Position numbers and translations under genes: made by a program | Part shown: piece by piece, positions 35,043 through 48,331 of the stretch | Layout of the letters: every line of letters begins with the position of its first letter | How positions within the stretch are numbered: position 1 is the first letter of the stretch | From: Halocafeteria seosinensis | Lineage: Eukaryota | Reading direction: 5' to 3' | DNA: 64,000 bases | Assembly (NCBI GenBank): GCA_001687465.1 | Contig: LVLI01000268.1 | Coordinates: 1-64,000 of the forward strand | The notes under the pieces: model-generated | What the model saw: the letters and a program-made list of their open reading frames with translations, nothing else | The model's database searches: none | What the model was told of the DNA's origin: nothing

Positions 35043-38000
35043 CTAATTACGAATTTCGTAAACAACCCAACGACGATTATGCTCTTCACCAGGCGGCGTA
35101 GGCTCGTCGCCGCATCCGAGGTCACTACAACCACAGCTTCTACTGCCTGTATCTAAGCAAGCACGCTCACATCCGGCGCCTCGACCATCCGGTTTGACCA
35201 ACGGAGGAGAGTCAAACGCGAATGAATGGCCATCTTCACCATTCCTGGCAACTGCGAAGAACCGCTTTCCTCGGGAAAGAGCTCCTTGCTTGGCAAGATT
35301 AAAGTTCGCTCCAGTGGCACCGCCCATGTACTGCTTACTCCCAGGGAACGACCCTTCCCCATTGAAGCAACCAACATATCGGATGGTGGGTTCAGGCTTC
35401 GTGTCTTTGTAAGTAGGGCTCGTTGCCCGTTTGAAGCGAGTCGGACTATTCAAAGAAGGAGCCTTCGAGTTGGCATCCGCGATATCCGGCTTTTTGACCT
35501 TGTAGATACGCACAATCCAGTGTTCACTGGTGAAGGCTTCATCCAAGTGCGTCAATTCAAAACCCTTGTTTCCAATCTCTACGTTACGAGCACGGTCGAA
35601 ACCTCCGGGTCGAGCGAACTCGGAAGGCATTTCATCGAATCTGAGAGCCATAAACAACGGAATTTCATAACAACCTACGTATAGTCTACGAAGAAGCGAA
35701 CGTACCTGTAATAGCACATCTTGTACATCATGCAATTAAGCAAGGTGGAACTTCCTTGAGAGTCCACTCGGAAGTTTCCACCGGAGAAATAGTCCGGCTC
35801 TTTAATATGTGGAAATACACCACCGCCAATCCTAACCATCCATAAGAACTTGTTAATGTCATCCGACTGATACCCTGTTACTCCACCGAAAATCGCCAAA
35901 ACATAATCTACATCCAGTGATTGCATGATAGGGTAGGCTTCTTCCTCCCTCGAAGACATAGCTCGCCCAACAGTGGCAATGTGAGTATTATTCCACGTAT
36001 TGTTGTCAACCAAAACAGTTCTGTTTGCGATTCCAGACATCTGGTATCCATAGTCCCACCAAGACTGCAAGGAGCCAACATGTTCAAAGAAGATGTCTTC
36101 ACAAGACACTGGACAACCGTTTGCTTACCATAATCTTTGCATCAGGAGCCGTATTCATCCGCAGCCAGTAGTAGGCTTCTCGGAAATCATCCATAATTAC
36201 TCGCGTCCCATCCATTCGACGCGAAGCTGCCGGACAAAACCGTATGCGAATACCAATATTGCTGTCTACGGTACTGACGACAACATCGACAACTTACCTA
36301 AAACCACGGAAGGACTAGAATACGCTTCACTTGCGACGAAGGTGGTATGCTGGGAGTAGAATATCAGGATACCCAACAGACCATACGTCACCAGGAGGGA
36401 AATCATAGGGGATACTGGTGTGAAGGAAGCAGATTCCTTCTTTTTACCAGTGCCACTCTTTGAGCCCTTCTTGTTGGTGCCACTATCTGGTGGAGTGGAT
36501 GTTTCATCAGCGGTATCCTCCGAAGCTTGATGCAGCACTGACATTTTCAAATGTGCCAGGAAAGTGTTCAGCACACCCGAGATTCCTACAGCTGCGAGAA
36601 TACAGGCTACGGGAGCTAAGGTAAGCATCAAACGCACCATGACACCCGCAAAGTACCAAGCTAGAGTTCCATAGAGGATCAGGAAGATCTTAGCGTCGGT
36701 AGGGTTCTGGAAGAGGAAGTACAAACCAACGGGAGCAAACGGCACGGTTGCATGTAAATCAAAAAAGAACGAAGTCCAAGCCGTTGGTTGATGCTCCGAA
36801 ACTGAAGCGATGATCGGTATGTACTTCTTAGCATAAGTAGGATCCAGTAACGTAAGAGATCGACCGGTCCACTGAGTGTACCCGAGTAACTGGAGGCCAA
36901 TCAAAGTACCAGCAGCCACGAGAACGAGGGTGGCGGCTGTTCCAAAAATGAATCCCCGGAGAGCTTTGGCGTTGATTTTATCTGCTCCTAGGATGCGGTA
37001 AAGGGCAACAACCTGGATCAGGATAAATACTCCGTGCGATGCCGCACACTCAGCCTGCCTGACGACGTTGAATCCGACAAAGGGTACTTGCATCGCTAAA
37101 AGGCTTCCAAGAACGTAAAATGTCGAGTAGGCGATGTAAAGCCGCGTGGAATAGCGCCCGGAGAAGATCAGCAGCACCACATAAATGGGAATCACGTTGA
37201 TAATGAAGACGAATCCACCCCAGGCAGCGACCATGTAGAAATATGATAAAGCACAGGCCGCGGCCCAACTCAGCGACCCCGTATTCACAGCTTTCACCCA
37301 CAAATAGAAAGTGAAAATCAAAGCAAAGATGGCAACACCTTCGTTGTCATAGCTTCCTCCCACAGAACGTGAAATGTACGACGGTACAATGGCGACTAAC
37401 GCTGCCGCAAGAACGCCCGTACTGGAGCGCTTGGTCACTTCCTTGGTTAGCAGGTAAGCGGCAATAGCTGTCAACGAAGCAAACATAGGAGCCAGAAACA
37501 CGCAGACATTGCGCACATTGACTGTGATGTTCAAGGAATTTAGTACTTGGTGGAGCGCGGCGGCAGTTGACATGAGGCCTGGGTAGATAGTTCCACCGAC
37601 AATTCTTCCAAGAGGATACCAAGATCTGTGATACGAGGAGAGTACCATTAGGTGCTACAGAAGCAGAGCAACTTTGTAGTCTTGACACTCACCTGTCGTC
37701 AAACCAGTTGAGGAAGTCATAGAATCCTTCGTTGGCCAAGTACTTGGTTGTTCGGAAGTTGAACCAAGGGTCAAATTCGTGAATAATCTGAGAACAGGTG
37801 CAAATAAAAGATGGTAAAGCTTATCCCTTTGAACTGAGCTAGCTACTTAATGAGAATCGTTCAGAAAAACATCACAACAATAGACCTTTTTTGTCCCCTT
37901 CAAACACCCCCTGTCTTGATACCAGAGAAGGGTATCTTGTTAAATCAGTCACATCATCTCGATACCGGTATCAAGATAACCTGATATCGTACAGACAACC

Positions 38001-38260
38001 AAGATTTCGTAGATATCATCAATGATGCAACGTACACTTTCCCATCGGACAACAGCAAACAACCGAATGGCGAATGCAATGATACAGATCATGCCCAAGA
38101 GAGCAGCCTCCATAATGTACGAGAGCGAGTTCGTGTTCTCTTTCGGGTACTGTCCAGGTGCATCTTTCTCAAATGCACCGGTTGATAAAACATCGCCCAC
38201 AGCAGGCACAGGAGGAGCCTGAGACCCTCCAGGAGGGGCTTTCTTATCCCCTTTGCCCAT
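35043..38260 (-). CDS. STT3: Oligosaccharyltransferase catalytic subunit STT3 with extra C-terminal Cys-rich domain
   Basis: [85 protein letters not shown]. Confidence 0.96.
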
Positions 38261-38587
38261 GGTTTTAGAGTGTCCACAAACACCTATTGTAAGGCCACTA
38301 CGCTCTTTCCGGACGTTCTCCACAACAGACCCAGAAGCTACCTATCCAGAAGCTATCCGAGAGAGTGCATTCATCAAACCTAGTGAAAAACAGCCTAAAT
38401 CGTTTGTGCAATGAAAAGGCGACGAAAAGATTGTTCCGTCAAAATTGCTCCTCTAGTTCAAAGAGTGCTTGTTTGGGCCCAATACCACAGTTGTATAGAC
38501 GAGGTTCAATGAAGTATCCCTGAGAGAGTGTGTTCTCGTTTACAGGGTTAGTTTGGTCGGATAGTCTCGAAGGGAAAAGAGATCACA

Positions 38588-41500
38588 ATGGAGGAATCGT
38601 CCACGAAAAAGCCAACAAGGCATACAGAAGAGGAGTACAAGCGTATACAGGAGGTATGAGGGCGCGCATCACTTGGTAGTTGACTCGGCACGTTGCTGAT
38701 GGTTTGTGAGACTGTTGTATGTGTGTGTTTGTGTACAGGCAATTCATCGTTTGGAACAACGAGGACGAACAGAAGAGGACATTTATAAACGCCTTCGCCA
38801 ATACGTCACAAGTTATCAGGATGAAGGGCAGAATCAGCAGCAGGAGCTCAAAACAGACAAGTCTGAAGCTGCAACAGCGCATGAACATGAGACGGCAGAA
38901 ACGCTTGCACTGCAATCCTTTCTGGAGCAGCAAAGGGTAGCCGCGTCGCATACAGAGACTGGGAATTGTTCAAAGACTACTGAACAAGTTGGCGATGATG
39001 CTACACACTGGAGCGCAGGTTTGGATCAACTCAGTCGATACCAACGCACATTGCAGAAGGGCCTCGTCGAGAAGATAATACCATTGCTGCGGAAGGTGAA
39101 TAGTTATTATTACTATCATGACAACGCTAACACGAACCAGTGTGACAAACTACTGCTGAACATGCGAAGGGACTCGGATATACTTGATCCAGAAGATGGG
39201 CCTCGGTCAGTACGGGTACAAGGCTATGCCTCTGAATCAGAACGTTTAAAATCGAAAGATGTTCAGGCCAACAAGCTTTACAAGAACCATTTCCAGCTGC
39301 AAAAGCAGAGGCATGAACAGTTCTTGGGAGCCATCTTGCAGCATTCGCAGAATTTTCTCTTTTTCCATTCACAGCGGAGACAGAAAGCTACTTCCTTAGC
39401 TCAGAACGCTCAGCTTCTTCTGGAGGAAAGGAGGAAGGAGCGCGAAAAGGATACACAGAAGATTGAAAGGGAGCGACTGAAGGCCCTTCGGAATAATGAT
39501 CTCAATGCCTATCAGGACTTGCTGAAAGAAACGAAAAACGAACGTCTAGAATACTTATTAAACAAAACAGACGAATATTTATCGAATTTGGGTGCTCTAG
39601 TTGCGTCTCAGCAAGAATCAAATGGGGGCAAAGAGGGATCGGCCACTACCGTTGATGAAACCTCTAGTGCAGAGTCGGGAACGGAGGATACTGGGAGCAA
39701 AGATACGATAAACAGATACTATCATGTGGCCCATCGTGTGAAAGAACCCATAACTGTTCAACCTAAGATGCTAATGGGTGGACAGTTAAAGCAGTATCAA
39801 CTGGAAGGGTTAGAGTGGATGGTTTCGCTTTATAACAACAATCTCAATGGAATACTCGCCGATGAGATGGGCTTGGGTAAAACAATACAAGCAGTCGCTC
39901 TGTTGTGTTACCTAATGGAGGTCAAAAACAATAAGGGGCCGTTTTTGGTTTGTGTTCCTCTCTCTACGATGTCAAATTGGTACAATGAATTCTGTCGATG
40001 GGCGCCGGATATCAAAGTGGTAAAATATAAGGGAACTCCGAACGCACGCAAGGAAATATACCGAGACCAAATGCAGCATGGTCTTTATAATGTTTTACTG
40101 ACGACATACGAATTCGCTATGAAAGACAAAGCACGGTTAAGGGCAACCTATTGGCAGTATATCATCATCGATGAGGGTCATCGAATGAAGAATGCCCGGA
40201 GTAAATTTAGTCAGATTTTGGGGCAGGAATATAGGTCGCGTAATAGGCTTCTCCTGACTGGAACCCCATTACAGAATAGCCTTCCGGAGCTTTGGTCCCT
40301 TTTAAACTTTCTCCTTCCGAAGATTTTCAACTCAGTAGAGAACTTTGAGGAATGGTTTAGCAAGCCCTTTGCCAATTTTACTTCTAATACGTCTGCTTCA
40401 ACAGATGCCCCGATGAGTAAAGAAGAGTCCCTTCTCGTTATAAACCGCCTTCACCAAGTATTAAGACCATTCTTGCTACGGAGGGTTAAATCTCAAGTTC
40501 TCAATCAGTTGCCGGATAAAGTCGAGAAGGTGATCCGTTGCGAGTTAAGCGCATGGCAAAAAATTTGGTATGATCAACTTCGACAATATGGGACGATCTC
40601 TACGGAAGGTGGAGGAGTTCAGAAGAGTGGTGTCCGTAGCCTTAACAACATTATAATGCAGTTACGGAAGGTCTGCAACCATCCATATTTATTCTTAGAT
40701 CAAGGTTATAACGTTGACTCCTTGATTGCTCGTAGCAGTGGAAAGTTCGAACTACTGGATCGGGTTTTACCAAAGTTCAAGGCTGCTGGCCATCGGATTC
40801 TTATCTTTAGTCAGATGACACAACTTATGAGCATCATGGAAGACTATTTTGCCCTACGTGGGTACCGTTATTTGCGGCTAGATGGTTCGACAAAATCCGA
40901 ACAACGAGAGAAGCGGATGTTAATGTTCAATTCTGACGATTCTCCGTATTTCATCTTTTTGCTATCAACAAGAGCGGGGGGTCTAGGCATAAATCTGGCT
41001 TCTGCTGACACTGTGATCCTCTTCGATAGTGATTGGAATCCAAGCATGGATGCTCAGGCTCAAGATCGTGCGCATAGGATTGGGCAAACACGAGAAGTAC
41101 GAGTGTATAGACTAGTGACAAGTACTCCTGTGGAGGATAAAGTCCTTTCAAGGGCTAGTGACAAGTCCAACATGGAGGCCATGGTAATCGACGCTGGACA
41201 GTTTCATTCAGAAGGCACCAAAGAGGGAACAGCGGAATCTCGCAGGGAATTACTGGAGTCTCTCTTACAGGCGGACCCAGCCAAGTATGAAGATGACATT
41301 CCTGATTCGGAGCAGTTGAATGACATCTTGGCTCGAAGTGAAAGTGAGCTGCACTTGTTCCACAAGATGGACAAGAAGATGGATACAAGGGGACCGATAA
41401 AAGAAGATGAAGTGCCACAGTGGGTTTATAAGACATCTGCAGAACTTAATCGAAAAAATATGAACACGTACAATAGTGAGGATTACGGGAGAGGGAGCCG

Positions 41501-42497
41501 GGCACGAGATACTGACTCGATTTATCTTGATAGTATGTCGGATGAACAATTCTTGCGTCTCGCTGATAAGGGGCTGACGGCCGAGGAAATGAAGGAAGAA
41601 ATGAAGGCAAAGCGCCTGCGAAAAGAAGCTCGAAAACGAGAGCGTGAGAGTTCTGGTTGGGAAGGCGACAAAGACTCGGAAGCTTCTTTCGACAGTGAGA
41701 CGCCCGTAAAGGCTATGCGAGGTGGTCGGGGTCGCGGTCGTCCACCGGGTCGTCCCCGAGGTAGTGGGCGAGGCATTAGTACGGGTTCAACAGTTAGCAA
41801 CACGAACGGCACTACGGCTAGGGGCCGGGGTCGTGGTCGTGGTCGTGGTAGAGGCCGCGGTCGTGGCCGAGGCCGCGGTGGTATCACCGGTATTGCACCA
41901 AGACCCACGCAGCCGAAGTGCTGGGACCCAGACATCGATGAGAGAGAGTTGCCTTCGGATCCATTCGCAAGGGTGGACAGAATTTCTTTCAACAGTAAGG
42001 TATCCAATTTCATTGAAGAGATAAAGAACGACGCAGATCCAAATACAGGGAGGAATAGAAGCACTTTGTTTTGGTATGAGCCTGATGAGAATTTGTTGCC
42101 TCAATACCCAAACATTGTGACCCATCCCATAGCTCTTGACACTATGTCACGGCGAGCTAATGAAGGCCGCTATCCATCGAAACAACGCGTAAAGCAGGAC
42201 ATAGACTTGATGGTGAATAATGCCGTGAAGTTTAACGGAGCTGAGTCATGGATTGCACAGGATGCGTATTCTCTTCGCGAAAAATTTGCTGGCCAGATAA
42301 ATCGTGTGCCTGATTTAGAGGAGGAGGAGGAGGGTCGGAAAGATGATCAGCCAACAAAGGGTCAGGAGAGAGAGCAGCAGCAGGAAGGAGACCAACAACA
42401 AAAGCAGGAAGGCGAATGGCAGGAACACAAACAACGGATTGAAGTGCCACATCAGCAGCAAGAACCACAAGCGGAAAAATTTCCGCGACAGGAATGA
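38588..42497 (+). CDS. SMARCA2/4: SWI/SNF ATPase SNF2/BRM/BRG1 family with HSA, SNF2, helicase C, RG/AT-hook-like and bromodomain regions
   Basis: LYNNNLNGILADEMGLGKT, DEGHRMKN, DSDWNP..QAQDRAHRIGQ; C-terminal bromodomain YPNIVTHPIAL...NAVKFN; short first exon 38588-38653. Confidence 0.93.
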
Positions 42498-42764
42498 ACT
42501 TCGGAATGCCTGGACGTTCCGCTGCCTCGGAAGAAGTTGGATCAAGAATAGTTGTCCGCCATTGTTTCGTCTGTGGAATATTTGCATTTGAGGAGTTATA
42601 CTCCCATCATAGTATAGCGCAATAGACAGGAGGGGGGCCAAGTATTCATTCTGTGCGATCAATTGTACGATGTGAACTGTGCTAACCCCTGTTTTTCTCT
42701 CTAGGAGATTATCGATGCTATCAATCATCACATATATCTCCACCGAGTCATCCCAGATCTGTGT

Positions 42765-43085
42765 ATTGGTATTGCTACTAGCGGAAGACGTGTCTGCTAC
42801 AGGCTACACTACCCGGAACCGGTTCAACATCTTCACGTTGTGGAGCATCAACGTGACTGACAATTTGGCCGTCATCAGCTTGCGGAAGTTCCGCATCTCC
42901 CTTGTTCCCCAGCGGGAGCCCGGTGCTTTCCTGGCAATTCTCTTGAGGAACTTGATTGCGCCTTCGCCGAAGCGACCAGTCGTCTCTATCGCGAACGGGA
43001 TACAAAGATTGTTCCCACGTCCCCAGGCTCAGCGTGTCCCCATACGAGTGGACCGTTGCACGTCGGCATGCCATCATTCCCATTA
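42765..43085 (-). mobile_element. 5'-truncated 3' end of a restriction-like-endonuclease (CRE-clade-like) non-LTR retrotransposon (copy A)
   Basis: Translates GNNLCIPFAIETTGRFGEGAIKFLKRIAR...RNFRKLMTAKLSVTLMLHNVKML, stop at 42804-42806. This is the PFxxETxGxxG...LSVxLxxxN tail typical of CRE elements. A second copy lies at about 28.1-28.3 kb. Confidence 0.78.
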
Positions 43086-43468
43086 GTTCGACACGTTTCG
43101 TTCTTTGATATCGATATGTTTTACTGTTTTTGATTTGATGGCCTGATACGGAGGGTTGAAAAATGAAAAATGGCCACCAGTAAAGTCCAACAAATAATTG
43201 TTGACTTCCACTACGTCCATCAAATCGACCACAGAGATAATGGAAGCATGTCTTGCAAACATGCATCATTAAGTTACACGTTTGAAGAATGCATTATAGG
43301 GAAGCACGCTAGTCCCCGTATCGTTGTGCACAAGTTTGAGCACCGACGTTGAAGTTGGGTCACCCTTGACCTCCATTACGGTTTATATACACGAGTTTTT
43401 CTCTCCCGTGTCGACATTGTGTTGCAAGTAGCATAAGTCATAGGTCGATCTCGTTGGTGGGGGAAACA

Positions 43469-44987
43469 ATGTCGGGAACGGGAACAATTGATACCACGGA
43501 GGCTCCTCAAATCGTGGAACATTTGAACCAGTCTTTGAATTGCACGCCTTATGATGCTTTATGGGTCCCTGCGTCGCCTCGTTTTGTGACCTTGGGTATG
43601 AAGCCCAAGGGCACTGGTGTCATCCAACTGTACGAATTGGCCGAGGGAAAGGCGGAACTGAAGGATGAGGTAGGTACTGGAGGAGAGATTATCCACACTA
43701 CCCACGGACAAGTTAATTTGAATCCCATGGCGCAGATTGAGAAGTCCCAAGGGTTTAAGTGTGGGACATTCGGAGCGTCGGCATTGGAGGATAGACATCT
43801 AGCAACTGGGAACTACGGGGGAGATGTACAGATATGGTAAGTACAGCTTGCAAGCTCTTAAGGGTTTGGCACCGCAACAGAGAGGCGTTCGTGTTGGTGT
43901 ATGCAGGGACTTAGAAAGAAAAGACACGCCTCTGTACAACGTTAAGGGGCACAGTGGTTTAATCAACAGTATTGATGGATGTGGTGGATTGAACGTCGGT
44001 AGTGGGGCCCCGGAACTGGTGACTGCTGGCAGAGACGGTTGCGTCCGCGTTTGGGACCCGCGCGTGAGGGATCCAGTAGTCTCTTTGGAGCCAGAGAGTG
44101 CTGAACAAGCACGTGATTGCTGGTCTGCATGCTTTGGTAAGATGATTTATACCATAAAATTGAGAGCTTACCGCTTGCTATAATGTTTTGGCTTCTTTTT
44201 TATGGTTGCAGGAAACGCCTATACGGAAGAGGAGAGATGCATATGCGCAGGATACGATAACGGAGACGTGAAGCTGTTTGATTTGCGTACGAATAAGTTC
44301 AGATGGGAGACAAACGTCGGAAATGGCGTTGTCTGCACGGAGTTTGACAGAAAGGATATAGATATGAACAAAGTAAGAAGAGACCTGTGTTTTGTGTGTT
44401 ATGAACACTCTTCGAACTCACTGTCTGTCGTTGGTCGACTGAATGCAGTTGGTAGTGACAACTTTAGAATCCAAATTCAGGCTTTACGATGTTCGGACGC
44501 AACATCCTAAGCATGGATTCTCGTATTTGACGGAGAAAGCGCACAAGTCCACTATCTGGCTGGTTCGACATCTTCCGCAAAACCGTGATATTTTCTTAAC
44601 TGCCGGAGGGAATGGCGGGATCAACCTCTACAAATAGTGGGTGTTAAACATGTTTCGAAGGATAGTCGTTCATCAGCATATCACTGCCGTATTGACGCTG
44701 TTTCTATGCAGTCAATATCCACCGAATCGGTCTCTCAAGGATGAAGACGGTGGTCTGCGAGGAGTTGTGGGCAAGTTGGATCTGCTGAATGCAAGAGTAA
44801 GATGACACCCATGTGCCGACATTCGCACGTATAATTATTGTTGATTATGATGATCCTGACGCAGATTATGTCATCCCAACCAATAATTGCCTGGGATTGG
44901 AGCCCAGATAAACAGGGCTTGGCTGTTTGCGCCGCTTTGGATCAGACAGTGAGAGTATACATCGTGACCAAGTTAAACAAGCATTAA
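43469..44987 (+). CDS. WDR92: WD repeat protein 92 (dynein axonemal assembly factor 10), multi-exon
   Basis: [77 protein letters not shown] stop. Confidence 0.95.
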
Positions 44988-45095
44988 ACCCAATACACGC
45001 GAGAAAATATTCAGAAATCACAAAGTATATTTGGTTTATATTTTACTCTCAACTCTGTCGGCTAACCGTGTCCGTACAGGCAATCTGGTCGTTAC

Positions 45096-46010
45096 TTATG
45101 CAGGGACCTGGGGAGGCGCTTGCATAGTCTGTTGCTGCACAGGTTCTTCACTAGGCGGTAACTTAACAGGTACACCCAATGCGTTGGGGTCTTCTTCTTT
45201 AGGTTGGCTGACCTCAACAATATCAGAAAGAGGTTGCTTAGCGCCCTCCTTTCCAGTTTCGTCGTAAGGCAACATAATCTTTACCTTGACACCCAATACA
45301 CCCTGACGCATCAAGACATTTCGAGTGGCTTCGCGTACGTAGTCTCTGTTTGACTGACCAGTCTTAATCATATATCCTTCACGGAATTTCATTGCTTTAG
45401 CACGGGCCCCGCGGAGCTTTCCTGTAACGATTATCTCTACACCCTTGGCTCCAGCTTCCATTACCAAGCGGATCACACCGTAGCATGCACGGCGGACAGC
45501 GAGACCACCAAGCAATTTGTAGCGAAGAGACTCAGCTTGAGCTTGGGCACACAATCCTCGGTTGGCGACACGCTCCGCATACAGTTCCACTGTTTCCGGG
45601 GCAAAGCCAAATCGTTTCTGAACAACGCTGGTCAGTTCTCGAATGCGGCGGCCTTTCTCTCCCAGCACATCTTGAGGGCGGGTGGCACGAATTACAATTT
45701 CTGTGCGAGTAGGTGCATTGCGGATATCTACTCCAGCGTATCCAGCTTCGCCGAGTTCTCCTCGGAGTAGCTGCAGATACACGAGTGAAGACAAATGTTA
45801 GTTCAATCAAGCAAACTTTATCCCTGTTCAAACAGCTAATTACGTACCTCATTGAGCTCAGAGTAGAAAACACCATCAAGCACAAACTTGCGCTTCTTGG
45901 CAATTTCTGTGTTACGACCTGTAGTTTTACAAATACCATCGATCCATGACATGTAATGTATCAGCACCAAGATATGTCAGACCGTCTGGACACTGGGACT
46001 TACCTGCCAT
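45096..46010 (-). CDS. RPS3: 40S ribosomal protein S3 (uS3), 3 exons
   Basis: [26 protein letters not shown]|...[35 protein letters not shown]. Confidence 0.97.
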
Positions 46011-47163
46011 GTTTACTTCTCGTGCACTCGAAGATAACTACACCTCGTCGTTCAATTGCTTCTCTATAGATTCCTGCACGATTTCAAACCAAACCAAACG
46101 TCATATTGTACCGTCATGCAGCTGTTTAAGCCTGCCACTGCACTCTCATGGGAGGGCTCTTTGAAGCATTGGGAGGGCCTAAACCGCAACTACACGCCCC
46201 GAATCGCCAAGTGAAGCGGCGATATAGGATTAAACTGCTCTATTCTTTCTAGCAAATGAGGTACAGTATCCATGCATGAAGCAGCAATGGCGATAAGAGG
46301 GGTAGATACCCCCTTAGCCCCTCGCCCCTAATGACACCACCAACCCATGGCTATACTCTCCCCTCTGTCCCCCCTACAGAGGGCACCCCTGACCTTTTTG
46401 TAGTTTAAGTTCCCTTCGCGGGAGGCACCCGGGGGACTTGGGCTTTGGAAGTCTTTGCCGCGCCTGTACTATGAGAGAAAGGTTAGCCTTACCCTACGGT
46501 GAATCTTTACGATGTCGGACACGGTTTCCCTGAGAACGACAGTCAACTATGAGAGTAGTGGTGAGAGTAAAAAGCTGAGGACTCCCTTTTTGGCCCAGAT
46601 GAGGCAATCTTTTCGTTGACCTCTTTCATTCATCTTTGGCAACCGATCTCGCTGGTAGAGTTTCTCGGTATGTTTGTGTTCATCTTGCAAGAATATGAGG
46701 ATGGAAATCTTTCCGACGTGGTCCTGCTTCTGCTCTCGGTTATTGGCGTGATGGATGAGCGAAGAGGCAAGGGTTGGGGCGCTGGAATTCACGATCCCTA
46801 TGGCCCATGGACAGCGTCTTTATCTCAATGGTTAGTGTTATAGGAACACATTACGCGACGGTGAACATGTAGCCACAGAGGAAGCGTGCGTCTCACTGCG
46901 TCTGTGTACAACTAACTTGGGGAGGTGGGCAGCTTCAAAGAGGCTGAGGATGGCTCGCATGGGGTTTCTCTGGTGCTATTACAGTTCATAATCTTTGCCC
47001 ACTGACCTCCATGTTTGACTAAGTGCTATACTTTCCAGTGCGGGTGCGTCTGGGTGACGGCTGAGCTCGGCTATGTCTATGCTCGATTGGGTAAGAGAAT
47101 GCTATTCCATCAAGTCTGCGCTGAACGGGCACATTTTCTGCATGAGTATCGCTTGGAACCTGA

Positions 47164-47184
47164 TGTGTGTGTGTGTGTAAGAGT

Positions 47185-47241
<57 letters not shown>
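47164..47241. repeat. Compound microsatellite (GT)n(GA)n
   Basis: Visible dinucleotide runs. Confidence 0.97.
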
Positions 47242-47245
<4 letters not shown>

Positions 47246-48331
47246 GAGAATAGAACCACTGATCATTGATCAATGAGCAGATGCATAAGGGTTTCCAAAG
47301 CGACTCCTGGTAGCTATGGGCAGATGCAGGTGCGGCTGGAAAATGAGTGAACCCCCACTGCTGATTTCCACGACGTCAAAGCGCCAGTGGCCCATGAGAC
47401 TCCCCCATCATGGTAGAGTACAACTGCACTGACGTCTTCCGTGGCCTAGAGTACCACCCCAACGGCAAAGAACTTTCACAACCAAGAACAGGCAAATAAA
47501 TACATGCCAGATTCCTCTCTCGTGCTACCACTGACAGAGCTTATTAATGTATATCAATACAGGCATGCAGTGTCTGATCCATTCGGTAAAACTGTGCTCT
47601 TGACCTTCCGCCCGAATCCCCACAAGTTGAAGACCGTCCAACGGGTGGTAACGGACACATTTCGAGCATTTGATGTGAGTGCGTTCTCGCTGGCGTCAAA
47701 ACCGGCAGTTTACTTGAAGAGAGTCGTGTTGTTGTGGAGGTATCTTTATCCCCCATTCAAACACGCAAGCAGAACATAGTGAGCAAGGAACATCGAAGGG
47801 CATTATACGCACTTGGCGTTTTGGTGTGCTCCGGCGAAATCGTAAGTGCCAATCGTTTTGAGAGACCGCAGGCAGAGAAATAGAAGCACCGTCCCGCTGT
47901 TGAAGAGGGGGGCATTCCTCACACGCTGTCGCGGCGGGAGTACGAAGGGGGCCAGTTGTCCCCACCTTTTTTGTAATTACCGGTTTTCTGGACCGTTCGG
48001 GGAACGGCGAAGGAACGGTCAACGGCTATATAGCCGTTGTGAGTTGGGTGAAGAAGAACAGAAGCTCCCGGCATAGTTGCAACATGGCCGCCAGGGACCA
48101 TGGTCACTCACTGCTCATATTGGCCACCACCATCCGAAGCACCAGTCGTCTCAACGAATTCGGTTGCTTGTGTGTCTGCTCGTCGCGTTATGTGAGCGAT
48201 TTCTTTGTCCCTGTGTCGTATGTTCTGACTGTGAATGTTTATCAGATCCGTTGACTCACCCACTTCTTTCAACTTTCACTTCCTCTTTCTGCACCAGAAA
48301 CTGAAGCAAGAGCATAAAAGATCGCAAAATA

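Noticed and set aside
11684..38260. Glycosylation gene cluster (sulfotransferase, OGT, STT3)
   Set aside because: Different compartments and pathways, interspersed with unrelated genes; consistent with chance.
41720..41885. GGTCGT/GGCCGC tandem repeat
   Set aside because: Simply encodes the RG repeat of the SNF2 protein.
42778..43269. 163-aa minus-strand ORF as a host gene
   Set aside because: Mostly an alternative frame of the retrotransposon fragment.
47504..47779. 91-aa plus-strand ORF as a gene
   Set aside because: No recognisable motif or linked exons; cannot be supported.
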